Source of the DNA: Thermodesulfovibrionia bacterium
Lineage (GTDB): Bacteria; Nitrospirota; Thermodesulfovibrionia; UBA6902
Direction: 5' to 3'
Assembly (NCBI GenBank): GCA_947259645.1
Contig: CAMYND010000019.1
Location: 1-64,000, forward strand
DNA: 64,000 nt
Under the pieces are notes generated by a model. It was given only the letters and a program-made list of their open reading frames with translations, ran no database searches and was not told the DNA's origin. The position numbers and the translations under genes are program-made. Shown one piece after another: positions 1 to 9,088 of this stretch. The first letter of the stretch is position 1. Each line of letters starts with the position of its first letter.

Positions 1-390
1 TCCCCACTGCTGCCTCCCGTAGGAGTCTGGACCGTGTCTCAGTTCCAGTGTGGCCGATCAACCTCTCAGTCCGGCTACCCGTCTTCGCCTTGGTGAGCCG
101 TTACCTCACCAACAAGCTGATAGGCCGCAGGTCCCTCCTCAGGCGCCACGATTGCTCGCAGCTTTTACCTCAAGGCATTTCACCTCGGGGTCATATCCGG
201 TATTGGGCCCGATTTCTCGGGAGTATCCCAATCCTAAGGGCAGGTTACCTACGTGTTACTCACCCGTTCGCCACTAAGTTATAAAAATCCACCAACCGAA
301 ATCAGCTTTTTTAAATAACCCCGTTCGACTTGCATGTGTTAAGCGCGCCGCCAGCGTTCGTTCTGAGCCAGAATCAAACTCTCAATAAAA
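1..390 (-). rRNA. rrs: 16S ribosomal RNA, 5' portion (window starts inside the gene; 5' end near 382-390)
   Basis: Reverse complement of 1-60 contains ACTCCTACGGGAGGCAGCAG (the universal 338-357 region). Reverse complement of 363-382 is AGAGTTTGATTCTGGCTCAG (27F region). GAACGAACGCTGGCGGCGCGCTTAACACATGCAAGTCGAACGG is present. ORFs 48-284 and 50-277 fall inside this rRNA and are spurious. Confidence 0.93.
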
Positions 391-809
391 AATAATTGAC
401 TTGCGGGCCTACTTTTTAGTTCTCAAAGATCAGACAATATCTCTATAGATATTGTATAGCGGATTTGATGAAAAAGAAAGGCCATGTCAATACACAGCAA
501 ACTTTCTTACCGCACTCACGGTACAACAGTAAATGAGCTTGATAATTTAACCATAAATGATAATTGCAGTAAAACCCTGTATAAGGCAGATATCCGTTAC
601 TAGAATCAATTAATGCCTATTTACATCAATTATCTTTAGAATACTAAGAATTTCTATATTTATTCGATTATCGTGGTATCGCGCTGACTCCGTCTTATAA
701 CTACATGATATTAATCAACTAATGATAAATGGACAAATCAAGATTTTTCTTGTAATCCCATCGAGAAACCCGAACTGAATTGCTGTTTTCATTGCTATAA
801 CACAGGTTC

Positions 810-839
810 TTGACACACATTATTTCTTGTTGCTATAGT
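810..839 (+). promoter_or_regulatory. sigma70-type promoter of the hrcA operon (TTGACA-N18-TATAGT)
   Basis: TTGACA at 810-815 and TATAGT at 834-839, immediately upstream of the CIRCE element. Confidence 0.5.
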
Positions 840-866
840 ATAGCACTCTAAAGAGGAGAGTGCTAA
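840..866 (+). promoter_or_regulatory. CIRCE operator (HrcA binding site), aTAGCACTC-N9-GAGTGCTAA
   Basis: Inverted repeat TAGCACTC(841-848)-taaagagga-GAGTGCTAA(858-866) matches the CIRCE consensus TTAGCACTC-N9-GAGTGCTAA. The 9-nt spacer carries the AGGAG Shine-Dalgarno of hrcA. Confidence 0.85.
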
Positions 867-1927
867 TTGCTGTGAACAAACTGGATAATAGAGGCAAAAA
901 AATACTTTGGGCTGTAATTCAGAGCCATATAGATCTCAATGTTCCGATCGGCTCGATATTGATCACGAAACGATACCCGATCGGCCTGTCTCCGGCCACA
1001 GTCCGCAATGCCCTGTCCAAGCTGGAGGAATCGGGGTACATCATCCAGCCCCATACCTCGGCAGGGAGGGTTCCCACTGAAAAAGGGTACAGGTTTTACG
1101 TTGACACGCTCCTTGAGGAACAGTCGCTCTCAGTGAGCACTGCTCTGTCTGACCGGCTCTCCAGCAGGTTAAGGATTATTAAAGCTGACAACAAACTGCT
1201 CATAACAGAAGCGGCAAAAACACTTTCAACTTTTTCCCGTTATCTCGCACTGGCCACACCGCCGAGGATTGAAAACTTAATATTGAAGCGTGTAAAGTTT
1301 ATCAGGTATGAACAAAGGAAAGTCCTTGCGATACTGATTTCAGACGATGGGGTCGTTGAAAACAAAGTCATCGATCTGGAGCAGGCCCATACGCAGAAAC
1401 AGCTGGATAACGCGGCTAACCACCTCAACGAGGCGTTTTCCGGCCTCGCCATTAAGAAAGTCAAGGAAAAAATCGCATATCAATTATATAAGGAAAGATC
1501 TGAGTATGACCAGTTAGTGGCGAATCTGCTTTATGTATTCAGCGATATCATACCAAGTGAGGCTGATGCGACATCGTTAAACAGGTTTTCCGGAACCTCG
1601 AACCTCACAGAATTTGCAACAATGGTACAGATAAAAGCGATCCTGAAAGCGATCGAGGACAAACAGTTCATGCTTAAACTGCTGGAGCGCGTCAGTAAAT
1701 CCGAAGGCACGCAGGTCATTGTCGGAATGGAGCATATCCTTCCTTCACTAAAAGAACTGAGCATGGTGGTCTCTACGTATAACGGCAGCAAGTATGCTGG
1801 CGGAGCTATCGGTATCATCGGCCCTACGAGGATGAACTACCGGAAATTAATCCCCATTGTTGATCATACGGCAAAGGCCCTGACAGAAATATTATCAGAA
1901 GACAGAGGAGAATTAACATATGAATGA
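860..1927 (+). CDS. hrcA: heat-inducible transcription repressor HrcA (true start probably GTG at 872)
   Basis: N-terminal KILWAVIQSHIDLNVPIGS winged-helix region typical of HrcA. Sits directly upstream of grpE-dnaK-dnaJ and directly downstream of CIRCE. GTG at 860 overlaps CIRCE; the in-frame GTG at 872 has better SD spacing. Confidence 0.85.
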   Translation: MLIAVNKLDNRGKKILWAVIQSHIDLNVPIGSILITKRYPIGLSPATVRNALSKLEESGYIIQPHTSAGRVPTEKGYRFYVDTLLEEQSLSVSTALSDRLSSRLRIIKADNKLLITEAAKTLSTFSRYLALATPPRIENLILKRVKFIRYEQRKVLAILISDDGVVENKVIDLEQAHTQKQLDNAANHLNEAFSGLAIKKVKEKIAYQLYKERSEYDQLVANLLYVFSDIIPSEADATSLNRFSGTSNLTEFATMVQIKAILKAIEDKQFMLKLLERVSKSEGTQVIVGMEHILPSLKELSMVVSTYNGSKYAGGAIGIIGPTRMNYRKLIPIVDHTAKALTEILSEDRGELTYE

Positions 1928-2495
1928 CGAGCAGAATGACGAGCTAAATGAAGAAACAGAACAGATGAGTTCCGGCGAAGAGCCCTCTGAGGAGTCTGTC
2001 AGCGGAGGGGAAGACCCTGAAGAGCTCATAAAGTCTCTGGAGGAAGCAAATAATAAATACGTCAGGCTCTATGCTGATTTTGAAAATTACAAAAAAATAT
2101 CGGCAAGAAACAAAGAGGATCTTTTAAAGTACGCGAATGAAGAGCTGATATCTGACATTCTCACCGTAATTGACCATCTGGAACTTGCGCTTCAGCATGC
2201 ATCCGGGGATGAGACATCAAGCTCCCTGGCTGAAGGCGTGGAGCTGACATTAAAGGAACTGATGAACGTCCTCGAAAAGCAGGGGCTGAAAGTCATAGAA
2301 TCACTGGGCAAACCGTTTGATCCTGCAATGCATCACGCAATGTCACAGATTGAGTCGGAAGATGCGGATGAGAACACCGTTGTAAAGGAGTTTCGGAAAG
2401 GCTATATGTTGAAGGACCGAGTTATACGGGCAAGTATGGTCGGAGTTGCGGCCAGGCAGACTCAATCCGAATCAACGGGTACTGACAATTCTTAG
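1920..2495 (+). CDS. grpE: nucleotide exchange factor GrpE
   Basis: RLYADFENYKK motif and acidic N-terminus. Position is between hrcA and dnaK, with an 8-nt overlap with hrcA. Confidence 0.85.
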   Translation: MNDEQNDELNEETEQMSSGEEPSEESVSGGEDPEELIKSLEEANNKYVRLYADFENYKKISARNKEDLLKYANEELISDILTVIDHLELALQHASGDETSSSLAEGVELTLKELMNVLEKQGLKVIESLGKPFDPAMHHAMSQIESEDADENTVVKEFRKGYMLKDRVIRASMVGVAARQTQSESTGTDNS

Positions 2496-2567
2496 AATGA
2501 TACACGTAAAACTGAAGACAACAAGTAATCTATATACATTGCAGAATATTAGAGGAGGAGCACTAAC

Positions 2568-4487
2568 ATGGGAAGAGTAATCGGCATTGACCTTGGAACC
2601 ACCAATTCCGTAGTAGCTGTTATGGAGGGCGGAGAGCCGACAGTTATAGCAAACCAGGAGGGAACAAGAACAACCCCTTCCGTTGTAGCCTTTACAGACA
2701 AAGGGGAGCGTCTCATCGGACAGGTTGCAAAGAGACAGGCAATCACCAATCCGGAAAACACTATCTTCTCCATCAAGAGGCTGATGGGAAGAAAACTGGA
2801 TTCCACTGCGGCCAAGGATGCGCAGAAGAAGCTGCCCTATAAGATTGTAGGAGCGGCAAATGGTGACGCCCATGTAGAAGCCCACGGCAAAGCATATTCA
2901 CCACCCGAAGTTTCCGCAATGATACTTCAAAAGCTAAAGCAGGCTGCAGAGGATTACCTGGGGGAACCGGTAACCGATGCTGTCATTACTGTACCCGCAT
3001 ATTTTGACGACAGCCAGCGTCAGGCAACAACGGACGCGGGGAAAATAGCAGGGCTTAATGTCTTAAGAATAATCAACGAGCCAACAGCCGCCGCTCTTGC
3101 TTACGGCATGGACAAAAAGAAAGAAGAGAAAATCGCTGTCTATGATCTTGGAGGCGGAACGTTTGATATTTCGATCCTGGAGATTGGTGAAGGAGTCGTA
3201 GAGGTCAAGTCAACAAATGGCGATACCTACCTCGGCGGCGATGATTTTGATCTTGTGGTAATGGACTGGCTCGTAGATGAGTTCAAGAAAGACTCCGGGA
3301 TAGATCTTCACAATGATAAAATGGCCCTTCAAAGATTGAAGGAAACTGCTGAAAAGGCAAAAATAGAGCTCTCTTCAGCAATGGAAACTGAAATCAATCT
3401 GCCCTTTATTACAGCAGACGCCAACGGGCCTAAACACCTTGTGATCAAGTTGCCCCGTTCAAAATTCGAACAGCTTGCAGACGACCTTATTCAGCGAACA
3501 ATCGGCCCCTGTAAAACAGCCCTCTCTGACGCCGGCCTAAGCGCATCAGAAATTAACGAAGTACTACTTGTAGGCGGGCAGACAAGGACTCCGAAAGTCC
3601 AGCAGGTCGTCAAAGAGTTTTTCGGCAAGGACGCCTCGAAAGGGGTCAATCCTGATGAAGTTGTTGCTTCAGGTGCTGCGATACAGGCAGGAGTGTTAAA
3701 GGGAGAAGTCAAGGATGTTCTTCTTCTCGACGTCACCCCTCTCTCTCTTGGTATTGAAACCCTCGGCGGAGTGTTTACCAAACTGATAGAAAAGAACACA
3801 ACAATACCTGCCAAGAAAAGCCAGATATTTTCCACAGCAGCTGACAGTCAGCCCGCAGTCTCGATTAAAATATGCCAGGGAGAACGGGAAATGGCCTCTG
3901 ACAACAAGGTCCTGGGGAATTTCGAGCTCGTCGGGATCCCGCCAGCACCACGTGGTGTTCCCCAGATCGAGGTCACCTTTGACATTGACGCGAATGGGAT
4001 ACTCCATGTTTCAGCGAAGGACAAGGGCACGGGTAAAGAGCAGTCAATCCGGATTACTGCTTCAAGCGGACTCTCCGAAGAAGAAATAGACAAGATGACC
4101 AAAGACGCAGAGTCCCACGGGGAAGATGACAGAAAAAAACGCGCCCTGGCAGAGGCAAAAAATGAGGCTGACACCCTGATTTACTCCGTTGAGAAATCCT
4201 TGAAAGACTATGGTGATAAAGTTTCAGACGACGAAAAACAGCAGATTAACACCGCTCTTGAAAAGTGCAAAAATCTGAAAGACACCACAGCAGATGCTGA
4301 TGAACTGAAAAAGGCTGTGGAAGAGCTGACTACAGCTTCTCATAAAATTGCCGAAGAAATGTATAAAGAGGGAGCAGCCGGCGCAGAAGGCGCTGAGCAG
4401 TCTGCAGAAGGGACTGACGAGGACAAAGAAAAAGAGGATGTTGTTGAAGCAGAGTTTGAAGACACCGATAAAGATAAAAAGGAGTGA
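2568..4487 (+). CDS. dnaK: molecular chaperone DnaK (Hsp70)
   Basis: [18 protein letters not shown], and a C-terminal EEDK-rich tail. AGGAGG SD at about 2553. Confidence 0.97.
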   Translation: MGRVIGIDLGTTNSVVAVMEGGEPTVIANQEGTRTTPSVVAFTDKGERLIGQVAKRQAITNPENTIFSIKRLMGRKLDSTAAKDAQKKLPYKIVGAANGDAHVEAHGKAYSPPEVSAMILQKLKQAAEDYLGEPVTDAVITVPAYFDDSQRQATTDAGKIAGLNVLRIINEPTAAALAYGMDKKKEEKIAVYDLGGGTFDISILEIGEGVVEVKSTNGDTYLGGDDFDLVVMDWLVDEFKKDSGIDLHNDKMALQRLKETAEKAKIELSSAMETEINLPFITADANGPKHLVIKLPRSKFEQLADDLIQRTIGPCKTALSDAGLSASEINEVLLVGGQTRTPKVQQVVKEFFGKDASKGVNPDEVVASGAAIQAGVLKGEVKDVLLLDVTPLSLGIETLGGVFTKLIEKNTTIPAKKSQIFSTAADSQPAVSIKICQGEREMASDNKVLGNFELVGIPPAPRGVPQIEVTFDIDANGILHVSAKDKGTGKEQSIRITASSGLSEEEIDKMTKDAESHGEDDRKKRALAEAKNEADTLIYSVEKSLKDYGDKVSDDEKQQINTALEKCKNLKDTTADADELKKAVEELTTASHKIAEEMYKEGAAGAEGAEQSAEGTDEDKEKEDVVEAEFEDTDKDKKE

Positions 4488-4595
4488 TTTTTTTGCCACA
4501 GAGTTGCACAGACTGAAAAAAATATAAGGATGAATTACTTCACTATATACCTTGGTTTTCAGTCAGTGAATGTCAGTGGCGATTAAGAAATTAAA

Positions 4596-5705
4596 ATGAC
4601 AAAGGATTATTATCAAACATTGGAAGTAGACAAAAGCGCAACTGATGCTGATCTGAAAAAAGCATACAGAAGACTGGCGCTTAAATTTCACCCGGACAGA
4701 AACCCTGACGACAAGACTGCAGAAGACAGGTTCAAGGAAATTAACGAGGCCTACGCATGTCTCAGCGACTCGCAGAAAAGGTCGAACTATGATCAGTTCG
4801 GCACTGCAGACGGCGCCGGGGCAGGCTTTGGAGATTTCTCCGGAAATTTTGGAGACATCTTCGGGGAGATGTTCGGCGATATCTTTGGAGACTTTACCGG
4901 AAGAAGGAGAAACAGGCCTGCAAAGGGTCAGGACCTTCGCTACGACCTGGATATTGACCTAAAAGACGCTGTTTTTGGAACAGAGAAAAAAATTACGATA
5001 CCGCGGTCAGAGACCTGCTCCACCTGTGTGGGTTCCGGCTCCAAACCCGGAACAAACCCTGCAACATGCCAGACCTGCAGCGGCACAGGACAGACAAAAC
5101 TGCAGCAGGGATTTTTTGTTATCTCACGAACATGCAATAACTGCAGGGGAGAAGGCAAGATCATTACAGACCCGTGCACAAAGTGCAAGGGCCAGGGAAA
5201 GGTCAGAACAGAACGGAATGTATCACTGAAAATACCTGCAGGAGTTGATACAGGCATACGTTTGCGCGTAACCGGTGAAGGTGAAAGCGGAAGCCACGGA
5301 GGCCCGCCGGGCGATCTCTATGTAGTGATAAACGTTGAACCCCATCCCTACTTTAAGAGAAAAGGGAATGACCTTCTCTGTGAGGTCCCCATATCATTTG
5401 TTCAGGCTACACTGGGAAGTGAAATCGAGGTGCCGACAATTGATGGGAAAGCAGCTATCAAGATTCCTGCAGGAACTCCGTCCGGCAGAGTATTCCATTT
5501 GAGAGGAAAAGGCGTCCCAAAGCTGGGTTCATACGGCAAAGGCGACCAGTTCATTAACATCTTTATTGACGTTCCCAAAAAACTGTCGTCAAGACAGAAA
5601 GAACTGCTTGAGGAGTTTGCCGAGATCAGCGGTGATGAAGTTTCCAAAGGGTTTATGGACAAGATAAAGGACATGTTCCAACACCAGCATAAAGAGGCGA
5701 AGTAA
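4596..5705 (+). CDS. dnaJ: molecular chaperone DnaJ
   Basis: J-domain with HPD ([10 protein letters not shown]), a G/F-rich linker, and four CxxCxGxG zinc-finger repeats. Confidence 0.95.
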   Translation: MTKDYYQTLEVDKSATDADLKKAYRRLALKFHPDRNPDDKTAEDRFKEINEAYACLSDSQKRSNYDQFGTADGAGAGFGDFSGNFGDIFGEMFGDIFGDFTGRRRNRPAKGQDLRYDLDIDLKDAVFGTEKKITIPRSETCSTCVGSGSKPGTNPATCQTCSGTGQTKLQQGFFVISRTCNNCRGEGKIITDPCTKCKGQGKVRTERNVSLKIPAGVDTGIRLRVTGEGESGSHGGPPGDLYVVINVEPHPYFKRKGNDLLCEVPISFVQATLGSEIEVPTIDGKAAIKIPAGTPSGRVFHLRGKGVPKLGSYGKGDQFINIFIDVPKKLSSRQKELLEEFAEISGDEVSKGFMDKIKDMFQHQHKEAK

Positions 5706-5736
5706 GGACAGCATTCAGCAATCAGCATGAAACGTA

Positions 5737-5768
5737 GGGGCGAACAGATGTTCGCCCTTTTTTATTAT
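5737..5768 (+). terminator. rho-independent terminator of the dnaJ operon
   Basis: GGGGCGAACAgatgTTCGCCC stem-loop followed by a TTTTTTATT run. Confidence 0.8.
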
Positions 5769-5806
5769 CTGGATATCCCATCAACTTCCATACGAGATAA
5801 AACCGG

Positions 5807-6484
5807 TCAGAATAAACGTGAAACAAGCTTCAGTACGGAACCGATGATATGATAATCATTGCTATGTGATGAGTTGTAAGCACTGCCTATTGTTTCCAGA
5901 GAGGAGGAATGCTCTTTCGCACGCTGTTTTTCCCTGCTCAATTTTTCAGCTTCCGCCATTTTTTTCCTCTGTTCATCCAGGATCTGGCCGCCTGCTTTTT
6001 TCCATTCCATGAGCCGCCTTAATTCTGAGCCTTCAAGCCAGATCCCGTCCGGTTTACAGTTGTCAATGATAACACCGCTGCCGGTCCCGAAATTTATCCG
6101 GTGCATGAGTTTCCTGCATATAGGGCACTTGCGATAGGCAACCCTGAAATTTTCTTTGCCAAGTTCATTTGAAAGGTTCTTTATTTTGTCGATATTAACA
6201 TGGAAGACATTGGAAACAGATTTTTCAAGCACTGACTCAAGTTCACCGGGATCAAAAAACATACCAAGGCACTGTTCGCACCTCTCTATGTAAAAGTTGC
6301 CTTCAAGTCCCAGGTCAAGAGTCTGTAACGGGATACCGCAGTTCGGACATATCCTCTCTGTACGGGGCTTATTAACCGTGTACTGGTGTACTCCTTTGAG
6401 GTCAACGTCACTTCTCTGCCCGCAATAGTTGCAGATATTCTTGTTCGGCGGCATCGGGGCTGAACAGGATTCACAGAGAGCCAT
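5807..6484 (-). CDS. tandem zinc-ribbon protein (two TFIIB-type Zn-ribbon/YfgJ-like repeats), YdjG-like
   Basis: Two CPxC...CxxC...(W/F)xDxGEL modules: CPNCG...CEQCLGMFFDPGELE and CPICR...CKPDGIWLEGSELRRL. Abuts the SPFH gene with zero gap. Confidence 0.6.
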   Translation of the reverse strand: MALCESCSAPMPPNKNICNYCGQRSDVDLKGVHQYTVNKPRTERICPNCGIPLQTLDLGLEGNFYIERCEQCLGMFFDPGELESVLEKSVSNVFHVNIDKIKNLSNELGKENFRVAYRKCPICRKLMHRINFGTGSGVIIDNCKPDGIWLEGSELRRLMEWKKAGGQILDEQRKKMAEAEKLSREKQRAKEHSSSLETIGSAYNSSHSNDYHIIGSVLKLVSRLF

Positions 6485-7522
6485 TTAGATCCTCCCCAGA
6501 ACGTCCTGTTTTTTAGCGCTGTATTCTTCTTCTGTTATGAGCTCCATCTCATACATCTCCTTGAGCTTTTGAAGTGTTGCCACAGGATCTTCAGGCTCAG
6601 ACCGGCTTTCAGGTTCCGCCTGCCGGGCTTCAGGCTGCTGCATCATATTTCCCATCGACCCGGCCATCATCTGGCCAAAGCCTACTCCAGCTCCCATTCC
6701 CATGCCGATTCCCGCGGCGCCACCCTCATTCTTTGCGGCATCTTTCATCGCGTCAAGTTGCTGCATTTGCGTATAGTTTATCCCTGCTGTCCTGGCGGCC
6801 TGGGCCTCAGCAGTTATATCTGCGATCCTGTTGATTCGGCGCATGGTATCTTCATCAAAGCTTGTTCCCTCTATTCTGAAATCAGTAATTTCAAAACCGA
6901 TTTTTTCAAATAATGGCTCCAGTTTTGTGTGTATCCCTTCAGCTATCTCTTCTCGCTTTGCATCAATTTCCGCATAAGAGAATTTTGATTCAGCAAGATA
7001 ATCTGTAAGAGGCTGTACAAGTCTGTCAACCATAACACTTCTCAGATCACTCACCGCAAAGTGTCCAGCACCGCCGACAATATTTACAAAAAATTCTTTT
7101 GGCTCGACGATTCTGACACTGTAATTTCCATAGGACCGAAGTCCGACCGGAAATTTGTATTGAGGGTCTTCATACTTGATGATGTTTGTTGTCCCCCATT
7201 TCTGGTCCAGTATTTTGGTTGTCCTGAAAAAATAGAGCCCCACCTTGTGCTCACTTTCAAAGGCCTGCATAAATTTCCTGATCGTTGTCCAGAACGGAAT
7301 GTTCGCCGTCTTTACGTCAACCATTATTTCACTGTCGTAAACAGCCTGAACCTTACCCTCATACACAAATATACATCCCTGCCCCGGTCCAACAATAAGT
7401 TTTGAAGCATTTTTAATTTCATCACCATTGTCTGTCCATTGATAAAACAGGTCATCAGGTAATGGATTATCCCACTCAACAACTGACCTTAACTGTCTTT
7501 TTATACCTTTCCAAAGTGCCAT
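6485..7522 (-). CDS. SPFH/band-7 family protein (COG4260, YdjI-like 'virion core protein' family) with C-terminal SHOCT domain
   Basis: N-terminus MALWKGIKRQLRSVVEWDNPLPDDLFYQW resembles the YdjI family. Gly/Met-rich linker. C-terminal LQKLKEMYEMELITEEEYSAKKQDVLG is SHOCT-like. Confidence 0.6.
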   Translation of the reverse strand: MALWKGIKRQLRSVVEWDNPLPDDLFYQWTDNGDEIKNASKLIVGPGQGCIFVYEGKVQAVYDSEIMVDVKTANIPFWTTIRKFMQAFESEHKVGLYFFRTTKILDQKWGTTNIIKYEDPQYKFPVGLRSYGNYSVRIVEPKEFFVNIVGGAGHFAVSDLRSVMVDRLVQPLTDYLAESKFSYAEIDAKREEIAEGIHTKLEPLFEKIGFEITDFRIEGTSFDEDTMRRINRIADITAEAQAARTAGINYTQMQQLDAMKDAAKNEGGAAGIGMGMGAGVGFGQMMAGSMGNMMQQPEARQAEPESRSEPEDPVATLQKLKEMYEMELITEEEYSAKKQDVLGRI

Positions 7523-7545
7523 AAACCCCTCCTTAAATAGTTCTT

Positions 7546-9087
7546 TTAACCTGCTGCAATCTCATTTTTTTCTTCTTCTGTATGCCTGGATTCAAATCCC
7601 TTTCGTTCAAATTTATCCCAACCCTTTTTCCCCTTTATGAAGTCTACAAGAGCCTTCATCCTCCACCAGACTGTCAGCTGCCTGTATCCCAGGTTTTCGA
7701 TAATCGCAGCGAAAACGAGCACTATAATTTCCCTGAAGTCCTGAAAATAGAGCAGAGATTTGCCCGTAATGTCCGTTTCTGAAGTCTTTTCAGGCCATAC
7801 GCTCATTATTACTGAAAGGACAGAAAGTAATATCCCCAAAACAATTGCAAAAAAGATAAATAGGAAAAGATAGGTATAATTCAAATTATCGAGATAAAAA
7901 AGGACCGGGAGAGTTATGTAACCCATCATTTCCACAGGCGCGCCTATCAGTTCAAATATAAAAAAATAGGGGAAGGCAAAGAGTCCGATCCGGCCGTAAT
8001 TTTTATTAAATAGCATCTTTCGGTAGTACAGCATTGTCTCGATTAACCCCCGTTGCCAGCGGTTTCTCTGTTTGGAGAGGCTGGCCAGATCTTCCGGTGC
8101 TTCAGTCCATGCGAGGGGGTGTGGAACATAGGCCACTCTCTTATTTAATTTCTTCTCCTTGATGTACCGCTGAATCCTGACGATGATCTCCATGTCTTCA
8201 CAGACTGTCTCTACACTGTTTCCGGTGTATTCAGCCGCTATTTTGGACGTTATATTCTTGGTTAAGTATCCTCCGACTTTCTGCACGAGGTCCTTGTTGA
8301 AGACCCCGAAAACTCCCGAGATGATCAGGATAGACTGAAGCCGGGAAAGAGCGGTTCTTCCCATTGAGAAGGACCGTATATATTCAACAATCTGAAACCT
8401 GACGATCCATTTCTTTGGGAGACGGGGCTGGATGACCTTTCCCTTTTGAACGACTGAGTCATTCACAATTGCAACCTGTCCTCCGATAGCAACGATATCA
8501 TTGTTGTCAAGAATCGTTCTGAAGGCCTGAAGAAGTGCTGCCTCATCAATAATCGAGTCAGCGTCAATAGATACAAAGTACGGGCAGAATGATGCATTTA
8601 TCCCCGCATTGAGGGCATCTGCCTTCCCTCCGTTTTCCTTATCAATGAGGACAAACCGCTGAATATAGTCCGGAAGGTCTGCTTTTGAGATATAGCAGGC
8701 CCTGACCGGGGCGGTGGTAATCCGATCAACATAGTTAACATCAACGCGTTTCATATGAAAGGCACGTTTCAAGACGTCCATAGTACGGTCAGTAGAGCCG
8801 TCATTGATGATAACTATTTCAAGTCTGGGAAATTTCAGTTTCAACAGCGATCTCACCGATTCCACTATGGTTTTCTCTTCGTTAAAGGCGGGAACGAGTA
8901 CAGAGAGCGGTGGGGTAAAGGGAGAGGACATTGCAATATCATTCCCCTCATATCCCCTGCTGATGACACGTCTGCGCACATCACAAACAGCGACAACCAG
9001 GAAGAAGAGGTTAATCAGATAAAATATACAAAAATAGAGAATGAAAAAATACTCAATCAGTTTGTACATGAATTCCAGTGCAGTCAT
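7546..9087 (-). CDS. processive family-2 glycosyltransferase, PgaC/IcaA-like polysaccharide synthase (membrane-embedded)
   Basis: N-terminal transmembrane segment. LSVLVPAFNEEKTI...IVIINDGSTDRT (DxD-type). DADS. QRNRWQRG (Q-R-x-RW motif of processive GT2 enzymes). C-terminal multi-TM bundle. Confidence 0.75.
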   Translation of the reverse strand: MTALEFMYKLIEYFFILYFCIFYLINLFFLVVAVCDVRRRVISRGYEGNDIAMSSPFTPPLSVLVPAFNEEKTIVESVRSLLKLKFPRLEIVIINDGSTDRTMDVLKRAFHMKRVDVNYVDRITTAPVRACYISKADLPDYIQRFVLIDKENGGKADALNAGINASFCPYFVSIDADSIIDEAALLQAFRTILDNNDIVAIGGQVAIVNDSVVQKGKVIQPRLPKKWIVRFQIVEYIRSFSMGRTALSRLQSILIISGVFGVFNKDLVQKVGGYLTKNITSKIAAEYTGNSVETVCEDMEIIVRIQRYIKEKKLNKRVAYVPHPLAWTEAPEDLASLSKQRNRWQRGLIETMLYYRKMLFNKNYGRIGLFAFPYFFIFELIGAPVEMMGYITLPVLFYLDNLNYTYLFLFIFFAIVLGILLSVLSVIMSVWPEKTSETDITGKSLLYFQDFREIIVLVFAAIIENLGYRQLTVWWRMKALVDFIKGKKGWDKFERKGFESRHTEEEKNEIAAG

Positions 9088-9088
9088 A

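Noticed and set aside
48-284. ORFs 48-284 and 50-277 (+)
   Set aside because: They lie entirely inside the 16S rRNA gene on the opposite strand and are spurious.
2540-2567. TTAGAGGAGGAGCACTAA upstream of dnaK, superficially CIRCE-like
   Set aside because: Only TTAG...CACTAA fragments match. It is simply an AGGAGG Shine-Dalgarno and does not fit the TTAGCACTC-N9-GAGTGCTAA palindrome.
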